NCBI GenBank assembly: GCA_963650985.1
Contig: CAVJNL010000001.1
Coordinates: 1-62,346 of the forward strand
Length of the DNA: 62,346 bases
Reading direction: 5' to 3'
Source: Clostridium sp. CAG:413
GTDB lineage: Bacteria; Bacillota; Clostridia; Oscillospirales; Oscillospiraceae
Shown: positions 8,976 to 19,270 of the stretch, piece after piece
How positions within the stretch are numbered: position 1 is the first letter of the stretch
Layout of the letters: each line of letters begins with the position of its first letter
Made by a program: the position numbers and the translations under genes
The notes under the pieces: model-generated
The model's input: the letters and a program-made list of their open reading frames with translations, nothing else
Database searches by the model: none
What the model was told of the DNA's origin: nothing

Positions 8976-9550
8976 CCAAGACCCTGCTGCACACCTGCTG
9001 CGCCCCCTGCTCCGTCTCCTGCGTGGAGCAGCTTCGCACCGAGGGCATCGAGCCGGTTTCCTACTGGTTCAACCCCAATATTCATCCCTATCAGGAATAT
9101 AAGGCCCGGAGGGACACACTCATTGGCTATGCTGAGCAGATCAGCATGGAGCTGATTGTCCAGGAAAACTACGGCCTGCGGGAATTTACCTGCGCCGTGG
9201 CGGAGGATATCGCCCACCGCTGCGGAAAATGCTACGCAATGCGCCTGGACCAGGCGGCAAAATTCGCGGCGGAGAACGGATTTGATTCCTTTACCTCCAC
9301 ACTCTTTGTCAGCCCCTATCAGCAGCACGACCTCATGGCGCAGATCGCGGAGCAGGCGGCGAAAAAGTGGGGCGTGACCTTCCTCTACCGGGACTTCCGG
9401 CCGGGCTTTCGCAGCGGCCAGCAGCAGGCCCGGGAGCTGGGGCTCTATATGCAGAAATACTGCGGCTGCGTTTTCAGCGAGGAGGACCGCTATGCAAAGC
9501 AAATTCTTCGGGACAATCAAGAGCCGCAAAAGCACTTTCCAAACCGATAA
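8972..9550 (+). CDS. queH: Epoxyqueuosine reductase QueH (DUF208)
   Basis: LLHTCCAPCS, NPNIHPYQEY, RCGKCY..RL, YMQKYCGCVFS; ATGA overlap with the upstream gene. Confidence 0.92.
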   Translation: MTKTLLHTCCAPCSVSCVEQLRTEGIEPVSYWFNPNIHPYQEYKARRDTLIGYAEQISMELIVQENYGLREFTCAVAEDIAHRCGKCYAMRLDQAAKFAAENGFDSFTSTLFVSPYQQHDLMAQIAEQAAKKWGVTFLYRDFRPGFRSGQQQARELGLYMQKYCGCVFSEEDRYAKQILRDNQEPQKHFPNR

Positions 9551-9564
9551 AAGCCAAAAAATTT

Positions 9565-9588
9565 GGGAGCCTTTCGGCTCCCTTTTTT
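9565..9588 (+). terminator. Intrinsic terminator after queH
   Basis: GGGAGCC-TTTC-GGCTCCC-TTTTTT. Confidence 0.85.
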
Positions 9589-9605
9589 ATTTTTCTCCAC
9601 TTAAA

Positions 9606-10043
9606 TTAACCCGCCAAGACCTCAAATTTCAGCACACCGAAAGCGGAGGAGATGCCCGCCATCATCTCCTCCAGGCCCTCTTTCATTTCGCTGGTCTCGG
9701 CAGAAATGGTCACGCCTGCGCAGCCGTTGGTGGGGATGGTTTGGTTAATGGTCAGTATATTTGCGCCGGAATTGGCAAAAATAGACAGGTAGCTACTGAG
9801 CACGCCGGGGTTGTCCTTCAGCAGGGCGTAAAAGGTGATGATGCGCCCGGCCTTCATGTCCTGGAAGGGCTGCACGGCGTCCTTGTACTTATAAAAAGCG
9901 CTGCGGCTGATGTTCATGAGCCGGGCGGCCTCGCCCACGGTCGTGGCCTCCCCTACCTGCAGCATCCGCTTGGCCTCGGCCACCTTGATAAAAATTTCCG
10001 GCAGCGCATCCTCGGACACGATATAATATTTTTTCTTGCTCAT
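9606..10043 (-). CDS. ACT-domain regulator (ThrR/PheB, UPF0735 family)
   Basis: YYIVSEDALPE..SRSAFYKYKD..NILTINQTIP; SD GGAGG before ATG 10043. Confidence 0.9.
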   Translation of the reverse strand: MSKKKYYIVSEDALPEIFIKVAEAKRMLQVGEATTVGEAARLMNISRSAFYKYKDAVQPFQDMKAGRIITFYALLKDNPGVLSSYLSIFANSGANILTINQTIPTNGCAGVTISAETSEMKEGLEEMMAGISSAFGVLKFEVLAG

Positions 10044-10136
10044 AGCCGTTTCCTCCGAAAGCCCATCGTTATTTACCGTTATCTTAGCATATATTGGACC
10101 CGTATGCAAGGCAATTCCATTCCCCAGGAGGTCAGT

Positions 10137-11204
10137 ATGTCGGATAAATACCGCAATTTCATAGTCCGGGTGCTGTACTGGGGCCTGCTCCTGCTTCTGT
10201 GCTGGATCGGGGTGCGGTATGTGCTTTTGTGGCTGCTGCCCTTTCTTATCGCCCTGGGCACCGCCTATCTCATGGAGCCCACGGTCTGCTATCTGCGGGA
10301 AAAGCTGCGAGTGCGCCGGGGGTTTGCATCGGCGGTGCTGTCGTTTATCCTGCTGGCGCTGCTGCTGGCCGTGCTCACGGTACTGTGCCTGAACCTTATG
10401 CAGCAGTCCGTGCGGCTGTTTAAGTCCCTGCCCCAGTATCTCTCGGAGCTGCCCATTTATTTTGACGCCATGCAGGAGCAGCTGGAGCGTTTTTGCGCCT
10501 CCTGCCCCAAAAGTATGCAATCCTGGATGCAGCAGGTCCTCTCGGACGGTGCCCAGGAGCTTTCCGCCTGGTTCACCCGCTTTTCCGCCCGCTGCGTCAC
10601 CACCGCCGCCGACGCGCTGAAGGACATACCCTCCGTTTTTCTTTTTACAGCAACTACTGTACTGGCAATCTTCTTTACAGCGGCGCGGCTGCCGACCATC
10701 CTGAATTTCCTCCGCCGTCAGCTACCGCCGCAAAAAAGGCAGCAGGTGGGCGGCTTGAAAGACAATCTCCTCAGCACCCTGAGCAAGTGGTTCAAGGCCC
10801 AGTGCATCCTCCTGAGCGTCACCTTCACGGAGCTGCTGGTGGGGCTGCTGCTCGTTCGTCAGCCCTATGCACTGCTGCTGGCCGCTGTTATTGCCCTCAT
10901 CGACGCTCTCCCGGTGTTCGGCACGGGGACTGTGCTCCTGCCCTGGGCAGTGGTGTGCCTGCTCCTACAGCAGACGCCCAAGGCCATCTCTCTGATGGCT
11001 ATTTACGCGGTCATCACCCTGGTGCGCAGCTTCCTGGAGCCCAAGGTCATGGCCGCCCAGGTGGACCTGCCGCCGCTCCCAGCGCTGATAGCCATGTACA
11101 TCGGCTTCTGTACCTTCGGCGTGACGGGGATGATCCTCTTTCCCATGGCCCTGCTCTTTCTCAAGCAGCTCCACGACACAGGCTATCTGTACCTTTGGAA
11201 GTAG
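10137..11204 (+). CDS. ytvI: Sporulation integral membrane protein YtvI (AI-2E family)
   Basis: LLPFLIA..MEP, DALPVFGTG..LPW, RSFLEPK; SD AGGAGG before ATG 10137. Confidence 0.9.
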   Translation: MSDKYRNFIVRVLYWGLLLLLCWIGVRYVLLWLLPFLIALGTAYLMEPTVCYLREKLRVRRGFASAVLSFILLALLLAVLTVLCLNLMQQSVRLFKSLPQYLSELPIYFDAMQEQLERFCASCPKSMQSWMQQVLSDGAQELSAWFTRFSARCVTTAADALKDIPSVFLFTATTVLAIFFTAARLPTILNFLRRQLPPQKRQQVGGLKDNLLSTLSKWFKAQCILLSVTFTELLVGLLLVRQPYALLLAAVIALIDALPVFGTGTVLLPWAVVCLLLQQTPKAISLMAIYAVITLVRSFLEPKVMAAQVDLPPLPALIAMYIGFCTFGVTGMILFPMALLFLKQLHDTGYLYLWK

Positions 11205-12518
11205 TCAATTCTTTTTTGCCAGAGCTGCCAGCAGCACCTCACGCTTATTTTCCATTTCCCCGGCAATAACGTCCTCAAGCAGCCATTCCAGGGCCACGCC
11301 TATCTCCCGGCCTTTATATCCCAATGCTGTTAAGTCATTTCCATTTACAGCTAAATCCTTTAGATGCAGGCAGCTATTCTTCTGCATGAGCGTCTCAAAT
11401 ATTGCTTCTGCCTGGTCGATTTTCTGCCGGACCCAGCTAAATTCCGGGGCCTGGGCTCGGTTGTCGGCTCGCTTCACAGATAGCAGACGGCGAAAATTTT
11501 CCTCCCCCAGGGCCCGGACAGCGGTGCCGATGCCCTTTTCGGTCACGGGAATGTCCCGGTCGTGCCAGGCGATCAGCGTCACAATATCCTCCCGGTCCTT
11601 TTTCCGCATCCGCAGGCGGGTGCAGATGTCCTCCGCCATGGTGGCGCTGACCTGGGGATGGCCGCGAAAATGCCCCTGGCCCCTCTCATCTACTGTAAAG
11701 GTATTTACCTTGCTAATATCGTGGAGCAGCATGGCCCAGCGCAATATGGGCGACCGCTCTATGCTCGCCACCGCCATCACTGTGTGGGTGTATAAATCGT
11801 AGCAATGGTGTACATTTTTTTGGTCAAATCCCACGCAGGGCAGCAGCTCGGGCAGGAAAACGCCCAAAACATCCGGGTAAACCAGCAGAATTTCCCGGCA
11901 GCCTTGGCCACAAAGGAGCTTATTCATCTCAACGAGTATCCGCTCCGCCGCGATTTTTTGCAGCAGCTCTGCTTCCCGGTGGAGGGCCACTGCCGTGGAC
12001 GGCTCGATGGTAAATCCCAAAGTCGAAGCAAACCGCAGCGCCCGCAAAATGCGCAGCGCGTCCTCCCGGAAGCGGGTCCCGGCGTCTCCTACGCAGCGGA
12101 TGATGCCGCGTTTCAGGTCCCCGGCTCCGTCATAGAGGTCGAGAATGTGCCCGTTTTTGTCCATAGCCATGGCGTTGAAGGTGAAGTCCCGGCGGGCCAG
12201 ATCGTCTTCTATTGTCCCCGCAAATGTCACCTGATCCGGGTGACGGCCATCGGAATACGCCCCGTCGGTGCGGAAGGTCGTCACCTCGAAACTCTCGCCG
12301 CCGCGCCGCACGGTCACGGTGCCGTGCTTGCAGCCGGTGGGGATCGTGTCGGCTCCGAAAAGCGCCATCACCTGCTCCGGTCTGGCGCTGGAGGCTATGT
12401 CCCAGTCCCCCGGCTCCCGGCCCAGCAGCGTGTCCCGCACGCAGCCGCCCACGAAATAGGCCCGAAAGCCCTCCCGCTCCAAGGCGTCTATGATTTTTGT
12501 CGCCTGCTCTCGGCCCAT
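11205..12518 (-). CDS. cca: CCA tRNA nucleotidyltransferase with HD domain
   Basis: VGGCVRD, DWD, DLARRDFTFNAMA, EDALRILRALRF, LLHDISK; start chosen by SD spacing (alternative 12524). Confidence 0.92.
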   Translation of the reverse strand: MGREQATKIIDALEREGFRAYFVGGCVRDTLLGREPGDWDIASSARPEQVMALFGADTIPTGCKHGTVTVRRGGESFEVTTFRTDGAYSDGRHPDQVTFAGTIEDDLARRDFTFNAMAMDKNGHILDLYDGAGDLKRGIIRCVGDAGTRFREDALRILRALRFASTLGFTIEPSTAVALHREAELLQKIAAERILVEMNKLLCGQGCREILLVYPDVLGVFLPELLPCVGFDQKNVHHCYDLYTHTVMAVASIERSPILRWAMLLHDISKVNTFTVDERGQGHFRGHPQVSATMAEDICTRLRMRKKDREDIVTLIAWHDRDIPVTEKGIGTAVRALGEENFRRLLSVKRADNRAQAPEFSWVRQKIDQAEAIFETLMQKNSCLHLKDLAVNGNDLTALGYKGREIGVALEWLLEDVIAGEMENKREVLLAALAKKN

Positions 12519-12556
12519 GTCCATCCCTCCGGCAAAATGAAAGTGCGCATTTCCTG

Positions 12557-12585
12557 TTGCACTTCCGTCTGATTCGTATTATAAT
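12557..12585 (+). promoter_or_regulatory. SigA-type promoter of murC
   Basis: TTGCAC-17-TATAAT. Confidence 0.7.
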
Positions 12586-12642
12586 ATAGGTTATGAAAAA
12601 ATGCAATTCCATAGCAAAACCGTCTTTAGGAGGCTACCTGAA

Positions 12643-14028
12643 ATGATGCATCCCACTGTGGATTTCAAAGAATATCTTCGCCCCGGCGTCCGGGTCCATC
12701 TGTCCGGCATCGGCGGCGTATCTATGTGCCCGCTGGCCGAGGTGCTGCTGGGCATGGGCCTGCAAGTGCAGGGGTCCGATATGTCTGAGAGCGACACCGT
12801 GCGCCACCTGCGCACCCTGGGCATTCCCGTGACCGTGGGCCACTCGGCGGACAATCTGCAAAGCGCCCAGTTGGTCATCCGCACCGCCGCCATCCACGAC
12901 GACAACCCCGAGATCTCCGGGGCCATTGCCCGTGGCATCCCCGTTTACGAGCGGGCCCAAGCCTGGGGCGCCATCATGCAGCAGTACCAAAACGCCCTCT
13001 GCATCTCCGGCACCCACGGAAAGACTACCACCACCTCTATGGCTACCCACATTTTCATGGCCGCCCAGGCTGACCCCACGGTGATGATCGGCGGCACTTT
13101 GCCCATGCTCCACTCCGGCTACCGGGTAGGCCACGGCGACACCATTATTTTGGAATCCTGCGAATACTGCAACTCGTTTTTGAATTTCTTCCCCACGGTG
13201 GCGGTGATCTTGAATGTGGAGGCCGACCATCTGGACTTTTTCAAGGACCTTTCGGATGTGGAGCACTCCTTCCACGCCTTTGCGGACCTGGTTCCCAAGC
13301 GGGGCTATGTCATTGTCAACGGTGACGACAGCGGCGCTATGGAGTCCGTAAAGGGTCTGTCGCACCCGGTTTTCACCTTCTCCGTGCGGGAGGACAATGC
13401 GGACTGCCGGACCGACAATGTAGCCTTCCATGACGGCTGCGGCGAGTTCGATGTGATGATCCACGGGGAGTTTTACGCCCACATTGCCCTGTCCGTTGCC
13501 GGAAAGCACAACATTTCCAACGCCCTGGCGGCGGCATCGGCGGCCTATGTGCTGGGTATCGGCGGCAAGGCTGTGGAGGAGGGGCTGCGCACCTTCCACG
13601 GGGCCGGACGGCGCTTTGAGTACAAAGGCACCTACCACGGCGCTGCGGTGTTTGACGACTACGCCCACCATCCCGGTGAGCTCCACGCCCTGCTCACCAC
13701 CGCCCGCTCCATGCCCTATAAGCGCATCATCTGTGCCTTCCAGCCCCACACCTACACCCGCACCCAGGCGCTGTTTGGCGATTTCATCCGGGAGCTGAAG
13801 CTGGCGGACATCGCCGTTTTGGCGGAGATTTACGCCGCCCGGGAGAATAACGACATCGGCATCTCCTCCAGCCAACTGGCTAAGGAGATCCCCGGCGCTC
13901 TCTACTGCTCCACCCTGGACCAGGTGGCCGACACCCTGGCTTCCCTGGCCCAACCGGACGACCTGATCCTTACCGTGGGCGCGGGCGACATTTTCCGCGC
14001 CGGTGAAAAGCTGCTTGAAAAGGAGTAA
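12643..14028 (+). CDS. murC: UDP-N-acetylmuramate--L-alanine ligase
   Basis: GIGGVSM, GTHGKTTTT, DHLD, DDYAHHP, FQPH, GAGD; SD AGGAGG before ATG 12643. Confidence 0.96.
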   Translation: MMHPTVDFKEYLRPGVRVHLSGIGGVSMCPLAEVLLGMGLQVQGSDMSESDTVRHLRTLGIPVTVGHSADNLQSAQLVIRTAAIHDDNPEISGAIARGIPVYERAQAWGAIMQQYQNALCISGTHGKTTTTSMATHIFMAAQADPTVMIGGTLPMLHSGYRVGHGDTIILESCEYCNSFLNFFPTVAVILNVEADHLDFFKDLSDVEHSFHAFADLVPKRGYVIVNGDDSGAMESVKGLSHPVFTFSVREDNADCRTDNVAFHDGCGEFDVMIHGEFYAHIALSVAGKHNISNALAAASAAYVLGIGGKAVEEGLRTFHGAGRRFEYKGTYHGAAVFDDYAHHPGELHALLTTARSMPYKRIICAFQPHTYTRTQALFGDFIRELKLADIAVLAEIYAARENNDIGISSSQLAKEIPGALYCSTLDQVADTLASLAQPDDLILTVGAGDIFRAGEKLLEKE

Positions 14029-14031
14029 GCC

Positions 14032-14568
14032 ATGCCCATTTCCCATGTCTATTCCGGCCGCCCCGACACTCTGCGGGAGCCGGTGGAGCAGCGGGTCTAT
14101 GACCTGCTGGACTCCCTTCATATCCCCTACCAGCGCGTGGACCATGAGCCCGCCTACGACATGGACGCCTGCGTCGGGATCCGCGAGGCCCTGGGCATCA
14201 CCATCTGCAAAAACCTGCTCCTGACGCCCCGCAACCGCAGCGCCTTTTACCTGCTGGCTATGCCCGCAGACCTGCCCTTCCGCACCGCCGGCTTTTCCAA
14301 GAAGGTCGGCTCCTCCCGCCTGAGCTTTGCCTCCCCGGAGGATCTGCAGGAGCTTTTAGGCGTGCAGCCCGGCTCTGCCTCTGTGCTGGGGCTTATGAAC
14401 GACACAGAGCATCGAGTCACCCTGGCCCTGGAGCGCCGGGTGGCAGAGGCGGAGTGGTTCGGCTGCCATCCCTGCCGCAACACCAGCTCCCTGAGATTAA
14501 AAACAGCCGATCTGCTCCGTGTTTTCCTGCCTCATATCGGCGTGGAGCCCATCATCGTGGACCTGTGA
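14032..14568 (+). CDS. YbaK/ProXp-ala (PrdX)-type aminoacyl-tRNA editing domain protein
   Basis: CKNLLL, LSFAS, PGSASVLGLMND, GCHPCRN motifs. Confidence 0.88.
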   Translation: MPISHVYSGRPDTLREPVEQRVYDLLDSLHIPYQRVDHEPAYDMDACVGIREALGITICKNLLLTPRNRSAFYLLAMPADLPFRTAGFSKKVGSSRLSFASPEDLQELLGVQPGSASVLGLMNDTEHRVTLALERRVAEAEWFGCHPCRNTSSLRLKTADLLRVFLPHIGVEPIIVDL

Positions 14569-14576
14569 CCTAAATA

Positions 14577-14613
14577 AATTATCCCGCTTCAAAAAAGTGG
14601 GATAATTTTTTTT
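14577..14613 (+). terminator. Intrinsic terminator after the PrdX-like gene
   Basis: AATTATCCCGCTT-CAAAA-AAGTGGGATAATT followed by a T run. Confidence 0.75.
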
Positions 14614-14622
14614 GCAGAAAAA

Positions 14623-14649
14623 AGAGGAAAATACAATTTTGCTTCGTAT
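14623..14649 (+). promoter_or_regulatory. Possible SigH-type promoter of dnaG-rpoD
   Basis: AGAGGAAAA..TCGTAT (AGGA-17-GTAT), near the SigH consensus AGGA-N17/18-GAAT. Confidence 0.35.
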
Positions 14650-14709
14650 AAAAATAGTTGAGAGATTGTTGCACAGGCCCGTGCAACAGACGCGAATGGA
14701 GGCAGACAC

Positions 14710-16487
14710 ATGGCATTTCCCCAGAGCTTTATGGACGAGCTGATGGCCCGAAACGACATTTTGGATGTGGTGGGCAGTTATGTGTCCCTGCAGCCCAAGG
14801 GCGGAAGCTATTGGGGCTGCTGCCCCTTCCACAATGAGAAAACACCCTCCTTCCATGTTTCGCAGGACAAGCAGTTTTTCCACTGTTTCGGCTGCAAAAA
14901 GGGCGGTGGCGTCGTCAATTTCATTATGGAAATTGAAAATCTGAGTTATCCCGACGCTGTACGTTTTTTAGCCAAGCGGGTGAATATGCCCGTGCCGGAT
15001 GACCGGGAATCTGACGGGTCCGACCGTCTGCGCCGCCGTCTTCTGGACCTGAACCGGGACGCCGCCCGGTACTATTACGGGGTGCTCCAGTCCCCGGACG
15101 GGGCCGCTGTCCAGGCCTATCTGAACCGCCGTCAAATCCGCCGGGGCATCGCCGTGCGTTTCGGCATGGGCGCCGCCCGGGAAGGCTGGGACCATCTGCT
15201 CCGGGCCATGACGGAAAATGGCTACACCAAGCAGGAGCTTTTGAAAGCCGGACTCATCGTGCAGAACAAGTCCGGCGGCTTTTACGATAAATTCCGCAAC
15301 CGCCTTATCCTCCCGGTGGTGGATGTGCGGGGCGATGTGGTGGGCTTTGGAAGCCGCGTTATCGACAAGTCCGAGCCCAAGTACATGAACACCAACGAGA
15401 CCCCGGTCTACAGCAAGCGCCGGGTGCTCTACGGCCTGAACCTGGCCAAGAAAACCAAGCGCCCCAACATCATCCTCTGCGAGGGCAACCTGGATGTGGT
15501 GACGCTGCACCAGGCGGGGTTTGACAACGCCGTGGCCTCCATGGGCACGGCCCTCACCGTGGAGCAGACAAGGCTTCTCAGCCGCTACACCAAAGAGCTG
15601 GTCCTCTGCTACGACAACGACAACGCCGGGCAGCTTGCCACCCAGCGGGCTTTGGACATGTTGAAAAACTCGGAATTTAATGTGCGCGTCTTGCAGCTCC
15701 CACGCCGCCTGGTTGACGGCAGCTACATAAAGCAGGACGCCGACGACTTCATCAAATTCCAGGGTCCCCAGGCCTTTGAGCGGCTTCTGACCGGCAGCGA
15801 AAACGGCATTGAGTTTAGAATGTCCCAGATCGCCGCAAAATACGACCTGAAAAACGACGAAGACCGCATCGCCTATGCCGCCGAGATCAGTCAGGTCCTC
15901 TGCGCCTTAGACAGCACCGTGGAGCGGGAAATCTATACCGTTCGGGCCGCCGAGGCCGTGGGGCTCACTCCGGAGGCCATGCGAAACGAGGTCAGCCGCA
16001 CCTACGAAAAGCAAAAGCGCAAGGAGCGCTGGGCCGAGACCCGCCGGGAGATGAATCCCGTGTCCACCCTCCAGCCCCAGGAGCGGGCATTCCGCTACGC
16101 TAATCTCCGCAGCGCTTTGGCCGAGGAGGGCGTTCTGCGCCTGATGATGCGGGACGACGACCTCTACGATAAACTCAGCGTCCTGAGCCCGGAGGAGTTC
16201 TCCTCCCCCGTGCTGGGAAAAATTTACTCCCTTCTCCGGTCAGACCGGGAGGCAGGCCACCCCCACAGCATGGCCGTCCTGGCCGGGAGCCTCACGCCGG
16301 AGGAGATGAGCCATTTCACGGCCATCCTGCAAAAGCCGGAGTCCGCCTCCGGTGCCGAGCAGGCACTCAGCGACTATGTGCGCATCATCCGGGAGGAGGC
16401 CGCCCGCCGATCCGGCGTGGAGACAGACCCCCTGCTGGCCGCGCAGGAAAAATATAAATTCAAAAAGGGATACGGAGGAAAGAACCC

Positions 16488-16491
<4 letters not shown>
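14710..16491 (+). CDS. dnaG: DNA primase
   Basis: [15 protein letters not shown] zinc ribbon, KYMNT, EG.LDV, YDNDNAG TOPRIM motifs. Confidence 0.97.
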
Positions 16492-17915
<1,424 letters not shown>

Positions 17916-17919
17916 GCGC

Positions 17920-18576
17920 ATGAGCCTCTTTGCCTCCCTGCTTCGCGATTTTCGCCGCACCGCCAGCGGCCTGCCGGGCCTGTTCAGCGGTCATTTCTGC
18001 GTCATGTTTCTCCCCCTGGCCCCGCTGCTGGGGGACGAAGCCACTCTGCCCGGCTATTACAGCGACCAAACCTATTTTTGCCGGCTGCGGGAGACCTACA
18101 CAGACCCTCTGGCCCCCTACCGCTGCAAAAAACATCTGAAAGCCAGCCGCTGCGTCATTTTAGAGCTGGACGGCCTGGGCAGCTTCATTTTCACAAATCA
18201 CCGCCATTCTGCCCTGTTTCAAAATTTGCAGCGGAGGTTCCCCGGAGTCACCAGCTATGTGTTCTGCTCCGACGGCCCCGGCGGCTATTTCAAGATTTTG
18301 AAGGACGGACGCATCCAACGCAAAATCGCCAGCTATATGTACTTTGAGGGCATGGGCAGCAATGCCGAGACCCGGGGCGCTCCCTGCGCCTACGAGTTGG
18401 AGACCGGCCACATTTTCAAGGTCGATCCCAAGGCCCGGCACCTCCGGGAGATGATGCCCGACTTCACAAAGCGGGAGGTTTTAGACCTGTTTGACTATTA
18501 TGTGGGTCTGGACCGCTTCCAAAGCGAAGCCCTCCGCCGTACCCTGGTCTATGATTTGGAGTCACCCAATACATAA
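17920..18576 (+). CDS. Hypothetical protein, 218 aa
   Basis: Starts 4 nt after the rpoD stop, fills the gap to a terminator, host-like codon use; no recognised motif. Confidence 0.7.
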   Translation: MSLFASLLRDFRRTASGLPGLFSGHFCVMFLPLAPLLGDEATLPGYYSDQTYFCRLRETYTDPLAPYRCKKHLKASRCVILELDGLGSFIFTNHRHSALFQNLQRRFPGVTSYVFCSDGPGGYFKILKDGRIQRKIASYMYFEGMGSNAETRGAPCAYELETGHIFKVDPKARHLREMMPDFTKREVLDLFDYYVGLDRFQSEALRRTLVYDLESPNT

Positions 18577-18588
18577 TGCACCAATTAT

Positions 18589-18629
18589 AAAAACCGACCG
18601 ATGCACACCGCGTGTTTCGGTCGGTTTTT
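18589..18629. terminator. Bidirectional terminator
   Basis: AAAAACCGACCGA..TCGGTCGGTTTTT between convergent genes. Confidence 0.85.
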
Positions 18630-18641
18630 ACTTTGCTAATT

Positions 18642-19157
18642 TTACCTGTAATTTGCCACAATGCCCCGTCTGTCTACGATCACATGGCGGGGGCAGACGG
18701 TGGCGCACATGCCGCAGTTGAGGCAGGTGTTTTGGTCGATCACCGCGTGCTGCTCCTGGATTTGGATGGCGTTGGCCGGGCAGCTGCGCACGCACAGACC
18801 GCAGGCAATGCAGCTCACATCGCACTGTGTCCGGGCGCCGGTCTTGGTGGCCGGGTCGAATCCTTTATCCTTGTTGGAGCACAGGGGCAGGATGCTGTTG
18901 TCCTGCAAGCGGATGCGGATCAGGTGCTTGGGGCAGCTGCGCACGCAGGCCGAGCAGCCGATGCACTTCTCCTCGTCCACCTCCGCCACGCCGTACTCAT
19001 TCAACGCAATGGCCCCGAATTTGCAGGCGTTCACGCAGGCCTCGCAGGCCACACAGCCGTAGCGGCACAGCATGCCTCTCTCGTCGCGCTTGGCCCGGCA
19101 CCCGCCGCTGCAATACACCGTCGCCACCCGAATGGGGAATTTTCTCTTTATTGCCAT
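18642..19157 (-). CDS. Polyferredoxin resembling the soluble C-terminal part of RnfB
   Basis: Four CxxCxxCxxxC motifs; VYCSGG, CRYGC, VDEEKCIGC, CSNKDKG as in RnfB; no N-terminal TM anchor. Confidence 0.85.
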   Translation of the reverse strand: MAIKRKFPIRVATVYCSGGCRAKRDERGMLCRYGCVACEACVNACKFGAIALNEYGVAEVDEEKCIGCSACVRSCPKHLIRIRLQDNSILPLCSNKDKGFDPATKTGARTQCDVSCIACGLCVRSCPANAIQIQEQHAVIDQNTCLNCGMCATVCPRHVIVDRRGIVANYR

Positions 19158-19192
19158 AGGAATATACTCTCCCTCGTTGTCTTTCCGACTCT

Positions 19193-19221
19193 ATTGTACC
19201 ACACTTTTCGCCCCGATGCAA
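19193..19221 (-). promoter_or_regulatory. SigA-type promoter of the polyferredoxin gene
   Basis: TTGCAT-17-TACAAT with TG extension. Confidence 0.7.
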
Positions 19222-19226
19222 ACTAT

Positions 19227-19257
19227 AAAAAACTGCGGCCTCGCAGCCGCAGTTTTT
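19227..19257 (-). terminator. Terminator after the CoA-transferase gene
   Basis: AAAAACTGCGGC-loop-GCCGCAGTTTTT. Confidence 0.8.
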
Positions 19258-19270
19258 ATGTAGGTCTCGG

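Noticed and set aside
9492..10520. 570-aa and 304-aa ORFs suggesting overlapping or fused ytvI and ACT genes
   Set aside because: SD-supported starts are at 10137 and 10043; the extensions are chance open frames.
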